Shown in pieces: positions 10,761 through 24,489 of a DNA stretch of 64,000 nucleotides. A program made the translations under genes and the position numbers. Location of the stretch: NCBI RefSeq assembly GCF_009834535.1, contig NC_045697.1, positions 47,990,001-48,054,000 of the forward strand, written 5' to 3'. A model generated the notes under the pieces. The model was not told where the DNA came from. It did no database searches and saw only the letters and a list, made by a program, of their open reading frames with translations. This DNA is from Camelus ferus. Its lineage: Eukaryota. The stretch's first letter is position 1; every line of letters begins with the position of its first letter.

Positions 10761-12004
10761 ACAGCTGGGGGCATTTCATGATGTTATATTAGATGGTAGC
10801 ATATATTTGTGAAATTATGGCTAAAAGGTGAATAATAATGCTTAAAAGTTGTTTTCTTTCTTCAGAGAGTAAAATTGTGTGGAAAGTTGTGGGGTGATGG
10901 GAAGAGAAGGGACCGAGTAAGGACAGGAGGAGGAGGAGGGAAGAAGGGACTCTCTTCTAAGATAGGTTTGAATGACAAGTTTCAGCAGCTGTTTAAAGAT
11001 ACAGATTTTACAGAGAATATTACAATTGGATTTATACCTTTAGTGGGTTTCTCTTTTATTATTTGGTTATTGATTGCCATTGTGGTCTGCTGGGTTCTGG
11101 CTATTTGATTTATTTCTCTTTGTACTTTGAAATCAGTTGATTTAGAATTTCCGTTTCTGAGATACAGTTTCATGGGAAATACATTTTTTTGAATTTTCTT
11201 TTTCTGTTGGGAGAGAGCATCATTATTGTTATTATTATTACCTTATACTTTAAAGAAATGCCATTTAGGTGGACCTTACTGTGTTCTAGTGTTTTCTGTT
11301 GCTGTTTTTGTAATTCTAAAGTCATTGTAATTAATATTTGTAAGCCTTAACCCAGAAAGAATAATAAAATCATCAAGTAAACAATGAAGACTTAATTATT
11401 AACCTGTGCTCGTGTTTCATGATGAAAATACTACAACTTTGTTTGACCACCTGCACTTATACTGAACCCTACATACATTAAGTGAATTTTATTTCTGGAT
11501 AACTTTAATTTTAATTGAATCACAACTTTTTTTTATTGCCTAGAATTATTGTAATGTGAAATCTCAGCTCTGCATCCACTTTTATTTATTTTTATTCTGG
11601 AGAGTTTGGTTAGGGATCTGGAGAGCTTTATATGTACCTGTATTTCCTAAAAAGAAATTTTTGAGTAGTCTGGCTAACTTCTCCATGTTAACTGTTTCTA
11701 ATATTTTGCATTTTGAAAATTAAAAACCTTTTTTGAGGGCACATTCTGTACCCATCATTATACTTCGTTTTAAAGAGAAGTATGAAAGAGGTAGAAGAAA
11801 CCCTTGTGAAGCTTATAGCTCATGAGTAAGGATGATAAAACATGTAATTTAGTTACTTCAAAACAATAAATGAACAAGTTCAAGTCACCACAGTATAAAC
11901 AATATATACAATATAAACTGTTTACAGACATTCTGAAAAAGAGTAACATAAAATGGAATGGTAGGTGGGGTGGGGACTAAAAGAGTTGAGAGGTTTTTGG
12001 GTAA

Positions 12005-14163
12005 TGGCTTTTTTGAGATATAATTCACTTACCATAGGAGTAGCCCATTTTAAGTATATAACTTGGTAGTGTTTAGTATATTCATAGTTGTGCAGCGATC
12101 ACAAAAATTTATAGAACATTTTAATCACCTGAAATATAAATCCTGTATTTAAGAGTTACCCTTCATTCTCTCATACTCTTAATTGTAGGCAATCACTGAT
12201 CTGCTTTCTGGCTATATATTTGCCTGGTCTGGACATTTCATACAAATAGAACCTATTTTAATAGAATATGTGGTCTTTTATATAATATGTTGTCTTTTAT
12301 CATGGGCTTCTTCCCCTTACCTTGTTTTCAAGGTTCGTCCATGTTATATTATGTAATAGTAATTTATTCTTTTATGGCTGCATAATCTGCCACTGTATGG
12401 ATATACCACATTTTGTTTATCAGCTGATGCACATTTGGGTTGTTTGTACTTTTAGGCTATTATAAATAGTTCTACTATGACATTCATGTACAAGTTTTTG
12501 TGTTCATGATTTTCACTTCTCTTGGTTATATACCTAGGAGTGGAATTGCTGAATCATATCATTCTTCTATGTTTAAACTTTTCAGGAATTTCCAGGCTGT
12601 TTTCTAAAGCAGCGTCACCATTTCCCATTTCCACCAGCAGTGTATGAGGGCTGCAGTTTCTCCAAATCTTGCCAGCATTTGTTGTTATCTGTCTTTTTGA
12701 TCATAGCTCTTTTCATGGGTGTTAGGTAGTATCTTGTGGTTTTAATTTGCATTTCCCTAACGATACTGTGTGTCTTTTCATTTGCTTATTGGCCATTTGT
12801 ATGTTTTTTTGAGAGATGTGTATTCAGATCTTTTGCCCACTTTGAAGTTGTTATGTATCTTTTTGTTATTGACCTTATAAGAGTTTTTTTTTTTTTTTGT
12901 ACATTATAGATACAAGTCCCTTACACATTTGATTTGCAAATATTTTTCTCCATTTGGTAAGTTGTTTTTGCTTTCCTAATGGTGTCCCTTGAAGAACAAG
13001 TTTTTAATTTTGATGAAATCTAACTTTTTCTTTTGTTGCTTGTGCTTTTAGTGTTGTATCTAAGAAACCACTTATTAATCTCAGATCATGAAGATTTACC
13101 TGTCCTGTTCTAAGAGTTTAATAGTTTTGGCTGTTATATTTAGATCTTTGCTACATTTTAAGTTAATTTATATTTATGGCCTGATGTAAGGAGTCTAAAA
13201 TTACTCCTTTGCATGTGGATAACCAGTTATCTCAGTACCATTTGTTGAAAAGACTGCTCTTTCTCCATTGAATTGTCTTGTCACTCTTATCGAAAATCAA
13301 TTAACTGCAAATGTAAGGATTTATTTTTGGACTTTTAATTTTATTCCATTCATTTTTATGACATTTCTCATTCCAGTACTGTCTTGACTACTGTAACTTT
13401 AATTGAGAAGTGTGAGTTCCCCAAGTTTATTCTTTTTTTAAAGATCATTTGGGCTATTTGGGATCTCTTGTATTTCCATATGAATTTTAGGATTAGCTTG
13501 TCAATTTCTGCCAGCTGGGATTTTGAGAGGAATTGTGTTAAGTCTGTAGATCAGTTTAGGGAGAATTACCAACTTAACAATATTAAATTAGTTCGTGTTC
13601 ATGAACATGGGATTTTCCCATTTATTTAGGTCTTCTTTAATTTCTCTCAATAGTGTTTTGTAGTTTTCAGAGCATAAGTTTTAGACTTCTTTTGTTGCAT
13701 TTATTCCTAAATATTTTATTCTTTTAGATGCTGTTGTAAATGGAATTGTTTTCTTAATTTCATTTTTGTGTTGTTTATTGCAAGTGTATAAAAATACAGT
13801 AAATTTCTTTTGTATATTGATCTTGTATCCTGCAACCATGCTGAACATGTTTATTAGTTCTAATAGTTTTACTGGATTCCATAGCATTTTCTTTATAACA
13901 AGGATCACATCACCTGTAAATAAGTATATTTTTACTTCTTTTCCAATATGGATGCATTTTTATTTGATTTTCTTGCCTAATTGCCCTGGATAAACCCTCC
14001 AGTATATTGTGGAAAAGGAGTGTCAAGAGCAAATATCCTTTTCTTACTCCTGATCTTGGGGGAAGGTATTCAGTCTTCACTGTTAAGTCTGACATTAGCT
14101 GTGGCATTTTCATAGATGCCCTCTATCAGATTCAGGAAGTTTCTGTTCCTAGTTTGTTGAATT
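12005..14163 (-). mobile_element. L1MB/MA-type LINE, 3' ~2.1 kb, degenerate
   Basis: Minus-strand ORF2 remnants (KLLELINMFSMVAGYKINIQK, IPFTTASKRIKYLGIN) and L1 3'UTR. Confidence 0.9.
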
Positions 14164-15859
14164 GAAGAGGGTATTGAGATTGAGTTTTGAGGGAAGTATG
14201 AAATGTGAATTAGAAAAATGAAGATGCTATGTCCAGTAATAAGTAGCAGATAATAATGCTTAACTTGTTTGGGAAGGAGGGGCTCCTTTTTTCCCTCTCC
14301 CTCCTTCATTTTCCTCCCTACTCCTTTCGTGCTAATTGTCTTCATTAGTCCATAAACACATTTGGAAGACCCTTAATCCTTTACTGAAGATTTTCTGAAT
14401 AATTTGGATTTCTAGGTCAGTGGAGAATGTTGCTTCTTTTGAAAAGCATTCAATAAAAACACCGTGGAGAAGTTTTTCTTTTTAAGTTTGATAGCTAGGT
14501 TGGATGGGGACACAGGAAGCAGAAAGAAACTAAATCATAAAAGAAATTCTAACCATAGAATTAAAAAGAAGAGAACAAACCTTTGTGATATCAAGGGTAT
14601 GGTTTATGAAGAATTCCATGTTTACTTTGACCCTGGCTGTCACCTGACTTTTTTCCCTAAAACATTCAGTATCAATGGTTTTATTTTTGTAAGTTTTCAA
14701 GAAAGTAATAGATTTCTTAGGAAATTTTGCTCTACAAGGTAAGGTTATGTTTCACTTGAAGTGATAATCACACTTTGTTTACCTTTGAAGCTGTAATTGT
14801 GTTTGCATGCAGCTGCATTCTGATTAGGTAATTTTTTTTTAATTATATTTCTTCCTTTATGTTATAAGTCTCAGATCAAATAACTTTGGGATTTAGCTAA
14901 GAATCTTTCTGATAACAAGGCAAAAATTGGAAAGTAATAATAGAATTTTTGTTTTGTATTCTCTTTCATAGCAGGATTATTTTCATTAATTTTTTTCCGT
15001 TCACTTTAAAACCTCATTACAGATAAAAATTTATTTCTAATTTTTTTGAAGAAGTAAGTAGTTCGCTTTGCTGTGTGAGAGACTCATCATTCATACTGAA
15101 TAGATTCCTGGTAATTTGGGGTTTTCATTTATTAACAATAGAAATTGGTGTCACAAATTGGTGACACAAAATAGACGTTATAGCAGTTTATCTCTCTTAT
15201 ATCATTTTTTGCTGAGAGAACCTCTCTGAAATCTTATCGTTTAGGATCTTTTTATTTTTCTCCTCCCAAATTACTTAAATAGATTCCCTAAATGAGTAAC
15301 ATAGATCATAGTGATATTTGCCAGTAACAGATATCACTAAGAGAATAGAACTAAATTTAGAATATACCAACCTTAATGTCTTTCTGTACAAAGACTTTGC
15401 TGAGATCTTTACACATATACCCATTGCTAACTGATCACAATATTTATATTTAAAGAAAACCAAAAAATTGACAAGGTGTATTCTGCTATAGGTACATATT
15501 TAGTGTAATCTTCTGCAAAATATACACATAAATTTCTGAAATAATATATTGTGAATTAAGTACAGAATGATAACTTTGAAACAGTGTAAGAATTTGAATC
15601 ACCAAAAGTATACCTAACCTATTTAATAAACGTTTATTAAATTTCTACTGGCTATAAACTGTTATATTCAGGGTTCTGAGGGAAAAAGTTCAGAACATAG
15701 TTTTTTCTACCAGGAAGTGGGACTAATATTTATTGGACTACTGAGTACTAAGGACTGTGAAAAGCCATCCCCTTCCCTTTAAGTATGTAACATAAATTAG
15801 TCTTCATGAAAGTCCTGTGAATTAGACAGTGTGGTTTTCAATCTATAGCTGTTTAGGAA

Positions 15860-16085
15860 TGTGAGCCTTAGGTCCTTCTCTTTCTAGCTCGTGGGAGACT
15901 CGTTTAACTTCTCCATGCTTCAATTTCCACATCTGTAATAGGGAGACAGTAATTAATAGTCCTAATCTTATAATGTTGCTGTGAGGGTTAAATTAAGTAA
16001 TACCTATAAAGTGCTTAGAACAGTATGTGGCACATCTGAAGTAAAAAAACAAAACTAAACTAAAAACTCTATATTAGCTATTACT
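15860..16085 (+). mobile_element. MIR SINE
   Basis: tttaacttctccatgcttcaatttccacatctgtaataggg...gttgctgtgagggttaaattaag...aaagtgcttagaacagtatgtggcaca. Confidence 0.8.
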
Positions 16086-16571
16086 GTTTCTTATTGTTAG
16101 GAGACACACAAGTAAAATAACAAATTTGACTATTGTTAATACCAGTGTTTAAAACAGGATCTATTTGACTCTAAAGTATTTACTTTAAACTTACAATACT
16201 TAACACTTATAGGGGATTTAAGCCTGGATAAAGAGCAAGCAAGTTAAGGTAGAATTTGCTAAGTGACAAAGAACAGTAAGTGCTATAATACAGGGAACAC
16301 AAGTGGGTTTGTAACTTGCAGGGACAAAGAAAGGAGGTAGAAGTAGATCTCGCCTTTATAGTTGGAAGGAGGGAAAGGAAAAGTTAATGGATTACTGCAG
16401 CATTCTCCTTGTTTGTTTCCCAACATCCATTATTTCTCCTTTAACTTCTGCTCCTTGTATACATTGTCACCAGAGAAATTCTTGTAAAATTCATTCGACA
16501 TTGCTTAAATTCCCTACTTAGTAATTATTATTAAAGGACTCCATTTTTTGGTTGCCTATTATGTGCTACTG

Positions 16572-16760
16572 GAAGGAGTTGGCAAATTTTTTATGTCAAG
16601 AGCCATGTAGTAAATATTTTGGCTTTGTGGGTCACATAAGATCTCTGTTCTGTATTCTATTTTTTTGGTTGTAGTTTTTCTTTTTTAAAGTAAACAATTC
16701 TTAAAAAATGTAAAACCATTCATTGCTGGCAAACCAAGCTGCAGCTTACTCACCCCTGTG
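16572..16760. mobile_element. MER58-like hAT-Charlie MITE
   Basis: aggagttggcaaatttttt...agtaaatattttggctttgtgggtcaca...tcacccctg. Confidence 0.65.
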
Positions 16761-16959
16761 CTAGGAGATTGACATGAATTAACTTACTGTTAGAATCTTG
16801 GCAAAATTGGTATTATTAATTCTGTCTTATGGTTGACCAAACTGAAGCTTAGAGAGGCAAGTTTGAAGAAAGTCACATAGCAAGTGACACAGGAGGTCGA
16901 ATTCAGGTTTAGGTCATGGGAATTCCTAAACTTGTATACTTACCAGCATATCTTGCTGC

Positions 16960-17485
16960 TGCTTATTGCTCTCAGAATAAAAAGGAACTTTCATAGCATT
17001 TTATGCAAGGCCCATAATGATTTTATCCTTGTGTACCTTTCCAGTTTTATTGTTTATTACTCCTCTCTCTTCAAGCATATTCTCTAGCCTAGCCATGCCA
17101 AGTGACTTATATACAGCTTGGTTTATGCTTTCTGTATGCCTGCAATACCTTAATACTTTATGACCTCGGTGACTTCTTTAATAATTCACTTAAGGTGCTT
17201 CCTACTCCAAGAAACCTTGCCTGACACTTCTAGTCTTTGCTTTATGCTCTTTCTCTCTGCTCCCTCAGCATCCTGTGCATTCCTCTTTCATGACATTTAC
17301 CACGCTGTCTTGTATTTACCTGGTTTATGTCTCTGCTTTTGCACTAGACTGTGAGATTTTTAAGAGCAGAGAGACCTCACCTTTGTAGCTCCAGCATTTG
17401 ATACATAGTATGGGCTTAACCCCTACTATGTACTAAGTGTTTAACATATTTTAGGGTCTTAGTAACTGTTTATTAAATAAATGGA
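16960..17485 (+). mobile_element. L2 3' fragment
   Basis: cactagactgtgagatttttaagagcagag...ctttgtagctccagca, L2 3' terminal motif. Confidence 0.7.
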
Positions 17486-18075
17486 TGATCAAATGGCATT
17501 AAGATGATAGAAAATTGTTTCACCAAATATGTAGTAGCAGAAAGGCATGAGTCCAGATTCAAGGAGGAGAGGGACATTGAGTTAATATCTGGTTAACCTC
17601 CAGCATTTCAGTGGGAATAAAGAGGGTAATAAAGCAAATTAGAGCATGAGTATTATAGAGGGGTTTGAACAAAGAATTTTAATTTTACCCTAGGTTTAAC
17701 TCTAGAGCAGCAAGTGGTTTTCTATATCCATAAATTGAGGTTCTCTTATTAATACCCGAGTTTTATGTTGTAATATTGTTTTAGTTGATTTTTTTAGGAC
17801 ACAGCTATATAATTGTTTTGATTGATAGTTATTGTAAATATGGCTCTAGAATCTCGTAATTAATACTATTAAAGACATTTGGGAGCATTGAGTGATTTTG
17901 AGAGGTTGGTGGCAGTTTTAAAATAATTAAGAAGATTAATATAGTTGAGGTATGCAGAATCAGCTGAGGGGATCAGAATGGGAGGAGAGAGTCTCTTTTA
18001 CAGAGTTAAAATTAAAATCCGAAGTGATAAGTCAAGAGAGAGATCTGTGTCAATTGGGATAGAAAAGAAAAGTTT

Positions 18076-18178
18076 AAAAAATTTTTTTTATTGATTTATA
18101 ATCATTTTACAATATTGTGTCAAATTCAAGTGTAGAGCATAATTTTTCAGTCATACATGAACATATACATATTCATTG
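18076..18178 (-). mobile_element. Young L1 extreme 3' fragment (~100 bp) with TSD
   Basis: Same tail family as 62641 and 63717; flanked by agaaaagaaa at 18061-70 and 18179-88. Confidence 0.85.
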
Positions 18179-18444
18179 AGAAAAGAAACCTTTTAAGTGA
18201 CATCAGTGATTATGAAGGAAAAGTCAGAGATAATTGAAAAATCAGAAGAAGAATGCAGTTTGGGAAAGAAAATTATGAGTTTTGTAGTAGACAAACTGAT
18301 TAAAATTGGAATGCTTTCTATTTTGCCTAAATTTAGGCCCTTCTTACTTTATGCCGGTATAATTAGAATACCCTCATGATTGGTTTCCCTTCCTGCCTCT
18401 AACACATTGGTGTTAGGTTTGGATATGGGTAGTTGGTTGTAGGG

Positions 18445-18890
18445 ACTCTGGCAGTCTGGAGAAGGCTGTGGAGCCTTTTCAGAATAATGCTTTTAAGTGA
18501 ATGAAAGAAGTAAGATTAAAAAGGAACCTGGTACATTGAAATACTAAAGTACATGAAAACAGATGTGACATATTAATATATGTGCCCCTTTATCAGTGCA
18601 TTTAAATAACAAGATCTAGCAGTGAGTCTAATAACTACTGTAATTTTGAAGTAGTGATATATATATATAGTGATATTTTGATGTATCTGTAACAACTATA
18701 ATGTGATATAAAAATGTACCTTGTGTTAGTGACAAGAATCGCAGGTACTGCTAATATTATGGGAGGTTGCTTAGGTCTAATTGAAAAAGGTACTAAATTT
18801 TAAGTAGAGGTTAGTGAAACTAGGGATATAATTTTTTTTCTTTTACAAATTTACAGATTCTCTGTATGGACCCCAGGTTAATAATCTTTG
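18445..18890. mobile_element. Charlie4a-like hAT DNA transposon fossil
   Basis: ggcagtctggagaaggc...cagaataatg...aaataacaagatctagcag...tctaataactac...ggaccccaggttaa. Confidence 0.65.
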
Positions 18891-19249
18891 CTGTACTGTC
18901 TCCCGGTTTCAGTCTACTCTGTATTTTTGTCATATTATTCTCAAATTCTTTGCAGATGGTAATATTTTTTCATGTCTGCTTTTGGAAATAATTATGTGGT
19001 CTTTGTAAAAAAAAATAAAATGACACTGAAGAGCATAATTTTCTGGTTACCCTATCTCATGGAGATCAAGAGAGTTACTAGTATAATATATATGGTAGCA
19101 TTATCTGTTTCTGGGTAGTATGAACTTATGTAACCACATAAGCATACGTAAATAGAATCATACTGTATTTACTGTTTTTTTAAACTTGCTTTTTGATTTA
19201 ACAACATATCATTGGCTTTTTTTCTATGAATAGATATGCTTCATGCTTT

Positions 19250-19884
19250 AAAAAAATTATGGCATTAAAAATTGAAATGTATATTAAAGAACACAAAATT
19301 CATCATTTTAATGTGTACACTTCAGTGGTTTCAGTATTTTCACTGTGTTGTGAACCACCACTACTATCTAATTCCAGAACATTTCTATCGCCCTCAAAGA
19401 AACCTCATGCCAGTTAGCAGTTCCAGTTTGCTGATTCCTTCATCAGTTGGCAGCCACCAGTCTACCTTGTATCAGTTTGCCTATTCTAGGCATTTAATAT
19501 AAATGGAATCATCCAATATGTGACCTTTTGTGTCTGGTTTCTTTCACTTAGCATAATATTTTCAAGATTATTCTGTTTTGTAGCAAGAAACAGTACTTCA
19601 TTCCTTTTTATGGCTGAATAAAGTGCCATTGTATGGCTATATACCATATTATGTTCATTTGTTCATAGCTGATGAACATTTGGGTTGATTCCACTTTTTG
19701 GCTAGTATAAATAATTCTGCTATGAACATTCATGTACAGATTTTTGTGTGGACTTACGTTTTTGCTTCTCTTGAGTATATACCTAAGAATGGAATTATTG
19801 GATCATATGGTAATTCTGTGTTTAAGTTTTTGAGCAGTTGACACACTTTTCCACAGCAGCTGCATCATTATACATTTCTACACA
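19250..19884 (-). mobile_element. L1MB-type 3' fragment nested in an older L1 (~19040-20590)
   Basis: L1 3'UTR motifs; tcatgcttt repeated at 19241-49 and 19885-93 as a residual TSD. Confidence 0.8.
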
Positions 19885-20639
19885 TCATGCTTTTTAATGG
19901 CTGGATTGTAATTCATTTTATTGATGTACTGTTATTTAATTCTCTTTTGATTGGCAGTTAATTGATTTCCTTTCTGCAGTTATCAATTCTAATGCAGTGA
20001 AAGGACCCATATATGCACCTTTACACACTGTTTTAAATTTTTGTACAAGTGGTAGAAGGTAAATTTGTAGAAGTGGACTTGCTGGATTAAAATGATTGCA
20101 CTTTCAAAATTTTGATACATATTGTTAGATTGCCCTTTAGGAATGTATAAAATTATGCTCCCACCACTTGTGTAGTGGGTGCCTATTTCTCCAAACTCTC
20201 TTTCATATTATTAATCTTTGCCATTCTGATAATAAATTCATATTCTTTTTAAAATTTTCATTTATTTGGTAAGTTGGGTTATTTTTAAAAAATTTTTGTG
20301 TGTAATTTGCCTGATCATGACCTTTCCCCACAATTTTTCTCTTGGATGTTTGCATTTTTTTCTTCACTGATTTGTAAAAGCTGTTTGTATTTTAGAAACA
20401 TTGTTCATTATATATATTATAGAGACTTTTTGCTCCAGTTTCCTCTTTATCCATGGAGTTTATGACTGCTCTTTGTCTTAAGGACATTAAAATTTTTTAA
20501 TACTGTTAGTCAGTCTGTTTTCTTTATGGTCTGTAAAGTTTTTTAACTTGCTTTGAAAAGTTTTTTGCACCCCCAAATTATGAGATGATTCCTCTTTTTT
20601 TTTTTTAAAGAAATGTATAAAATTAAACTTGTCGTGGTT

Positions 20640-20870
20640 TAGTAGAAGCAGTGTGAATTTTGTAGTTGGAGTTTCCCATGTTTAAATTCCAGTCTAGTCA
20701 CTAATTAGCTGTGGGGTGTTCGGTGTTTCACAACTTCTCTGCACTTCAGCTTCCTCTTCAGTAAAATGGCAATTAATAGTAGTTTATAATTTTAGTAAAA
20801 TTAAATGTATAATGCATGCAAATTGTCTAGCACAATATCTTAACACAGACAGACGGGGCATTCAGTGCGT
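20640..20870 (+). mobile_element. MIR SINE
   Basis: aacttctctgcacttcagcttcctcttcagtaaaatggc core. Confidence 0.75.
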
Positions 20871-23800
20871 GTTTTCTTTTCTCTTCCATTTATAAACCGT
20901 CTTCCTTCCACCTACTTAAAATCTGTTCAGAAGATAAGGGAGGAGAAAGGTTCAAGAAAAGAGGGTAGCCTTCAGTTTTCAAAATCAGAGAAGCCATACA
21001 GGATGAGTACTGACTGAAAAGGGGATTGAAAATCAGTTTAGTAATTTGAAGCCATGTATGTTTAATAAGAACAGTTTTTATTAGAGTGGTAAGAGAGATG
21101 GCCATATTTTGATAGGGTAAGACTAAACAAAGCCATGTAACATACATGAAGGCTGATATTTGCATATGCAAATGTATTCATCGTTATTTATAATCTTTGA
21201 GAAATAGTTGTAACTCTTCCTTTTTCTTTCATTGGTAGAATGCTGGTAGGAGGATAGGCACAGCAATACTAATACATATATAGTATGTGTATTGTATATA
21301 AATTGTATACAAGTTTAGGTCATTTTTATTACTATTTACAAATTACAGTACGTGTAGCATATTTCTCAATTAAATCATCAACTAGTCGAGAACTATTGCT
21401 TCAGTCGAATTTTATTCTTGCTAGCTCTTTTATTGAATTCATACACATTTCTTAATTATAGTTGTTTGTAAACAGTGTTACATATCTTTTGTGGCAACCA
21501 ACTTTAAATACATTAGAAAGAGATGTGAAATACATAAATGTTTACAATGTAGTGATCATTGTTTTCCCTTTCCACAAGCTTTCCTAGACTATAAGGTTTT
21601 CAGGGCAAGGAACACAGTTCTAGTAATTAAAAATAAAGTTTTTTTTTTTGGCATTACATTTTCTTTTCCTCTTTTTTTTGGCTTTTTGTAAAATAACCTC
21701 AAAATAAAGTTTCAAGAAATTGTTAATCAAGATGTTTATTAAGCTCTTCCTCATAGAGAAATAATAAATATAGATTACGTCCAACTGGGTTTTAGAAAAT
21801 GATACCAAATTCTGTTCCTTGATTCTGGGCAACTCCCTGTATGTTGTAGCTATACCACCCTCATTTTGTCAGCCTCAAAACAAGAAGGAAATTTTCTGTA
21901 CTGGTTAGCTCAGGAGGAAGGTAATGAGTTTAAGTAACAAAACAGGAAATTTATTCCTCTGTGACCTTTGATGAGTTTGTGAAGTTAGCATTTTGACTGC
22001 AGGGTTGATATTCAGAAGAGTTTTATATTTAGTTTGCTTTATTGCTTTTGCAGACTTATCTACCTGCCAGGAAAAAATAGGAGTCCAAGTTAAAGGCTCT
22101 GCTACCTTTGTGGGAAATGATTAACAATACTCTTCCTTCTGCTGACAGAATCTGGGTATCTGTATTTTATAATGGCTCATTTTTGCTTCCACACAGGGCG
22201 AAAGTATCCTTTTCCTGAAACCAAGCTTGACTCAAAGCCTTTGTAAATTCTCTTATTCTTTATCCTTTTAAGCAACTATTTTAGGAACTGTTTTAAAGCT
22301 GATTGCCCTTCCCTTCAAACCTTTTCCGCTCAGTACAAAGCACCACCTTCTTGGCAGTCATTTGTATGAGTAGAGTGGGTACTCTTGTTATTCATGCCAA
22401 GAAGTTAAGGATTAGCTCTATTGTTTAACGCTATCTGTTTTGGATCGATGTGAGTCTGCATTGGCCTTGCCTTTTAAATTCTTTCATAACTGAGATTCTG
22501 GCACCTTGGAACCCTTTCCTGGATGGAGCTTTTCTTTGTTCCTTATTGAGTTTTATCCCAGACAGAGTTTAGTTACTAAGGTTTTTCTGTTTTACACTGT
22601 TTTTAATGTGGACTTGTAGATTCCAAGTTATAAACCTTGATTTATAGATAAGTAACACCTCTTCATGTGTATTTTGCTGTGTATATCTAACGCTGGAGCA
22701 TTGTGCAGTTTGGTTCATGTCAAAAGTATGGGACAGCTATTATGATTACTCTCAATATCAGTCAGTGAGACTTTGTATTTAAGATTTAATTATTTTTCTA
22801 AAGAAATAGAAAAGCTAAAATAATTAGAAAAGCTATTAATTATGAAAAGGGTTCATTAGTTTAATCCTTAGTTTTTTATCCTAGTATCATGTTCAGTTTT
22901 TTAGCAATGGAAACCAATTTCTTGAATTAGTGTTTAAATTTTCTTGATGCAATGCAGCATTCATGGTTTATACAGAGGTGGGTTTTTTTGCTTATATGAA
23001 CAAACTTAAGAGATTATATTTATGAAATACTATTGAATTATTTGATTTTACATACCACTAGAGAGGCAGAGCCTGAAATTGAAAGGTAAGAGAAGGAAAA
23101 AAAAGATGAAATATTTTGTTTTGTATCAAGTGTTAGAATGTTACTTCAGTTTTTTTAGACTTAACATGTTGGACTGAGTCCAGTTTTTCTAGTGGATTTG
23201 TTACTTTGAGTTTTAAGAACTCTCATATTCTTGATATGCTTACTTTTTTCTCTTTTTTGATATGCTTACTTTTAATCAATGTGGCTTATCTAGATGATCT
23301 GTGATCCATTTACAACTGCCCTTGTAGCTTGTCTCAGTTAGGGTCTGAACATACTTACTCTTTACTTTGTTTATAGTAGCAATGTTTTCATTACTTGCAG
23401 GTTTGAAGAAACAAGACTGTGCTGTGTGTTCCTGTTTACTCTTCTTTCAGACTGCACAGCCAGTTGATCTCGGAGAATACTTTGGGTAGTACTTGTTATT
23501 GATAAGGAGTTTTAGGAGAATGCTTTCAGTAAACTTTCTGATCTTAAATTGTAGACATCTTTGTGAATAGAGTATTCTTGCTTCTGTCCCCCCGCCCCAA
23601 CTTAACTTTCGTAGGTTAGCTGTAGTGGAGACAAAGAATTCAAGGGAGAATTTCCAAAAGATAGATAAAGTGACCTTTGATGATTTTAGTGTTTTAAGGA
23701 GAATGCTGGGAAATAGACAGAAGGACTTTACATGTTTATCTTTAAACATATGCCAAATATATTGGATAGTTCCCTTTTGACTACATAATAGCATCTTGGG

Positions 23801-24489
23801 TACACAACAGGGTAGAAACTTTGTTCTCATCCTGTGGCTTTTTCCTTGCATACCTGGATATCCTACAACTGCCCTTCAAAGAGGGTTATTTGAACTTTAT
23901 TGGAGTTAGGCTGACAAAGAATTTGGAGGACAAAAGTACAAATTAAAAAAATCCCAAATCACTTGTCTTATTTATTTTGTCAGTGTCTGTACTTGTGACT
24001 GAAGTAGGAAATTAAAGGGAGGAACATCTAGTGTGAGAATTCATTAGAGAAATAGGAACATGGTTTCCTTTATGCTATCTCAAAGTTTGTTGAATAGTAA
24101 GCTCACTGTGATGGATGTTACATTTGTTGTTCCTGTATCAAAAAAATTGAACTGTTTCTGGGTCACTATGTATTCTATTCAGGTTGCTTGGATTCAGGCT
24201 GTGAGGGAATCCTGAGTCTCTAGCTATGCTCTCATTTACCCATCTGTTCTGCTAGTTAGGGTTGTACTTGTTTCCTCCAGGTTTCTGAGGGGTTTATATA
24301 TATATATATGAAGAAAAATGAGAATTGATATAGCAATTTATTAATTTATAGGTCTTGTACTGGGCTGTTTTAAAATCAAGACCTGTATGGACCTCCTACT
24401 CTTCAAATTCCGTGCTTCTAGATCAATGTTTTGAATATCATTTTTTGCCTAAGAATCAATTTGCTGCAATTATCAATGTTGTTTCCTTT

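Noticed and set aside
10866..10916. 51-nt purine-rich candidate cassette exon (ttcttcag| ... CGA|gtaagg)
   Set aside because: Contains stops in both relevant entry phases and has no independent support; indistinguishable from background pseudo-exons.
15142..15167. gtgtcac/gtgacac inverted repeat as a miRNA or structured RNA
   Set aside because: Only a 7-bp stem arising from a 13-bp tandem duplication; too short.
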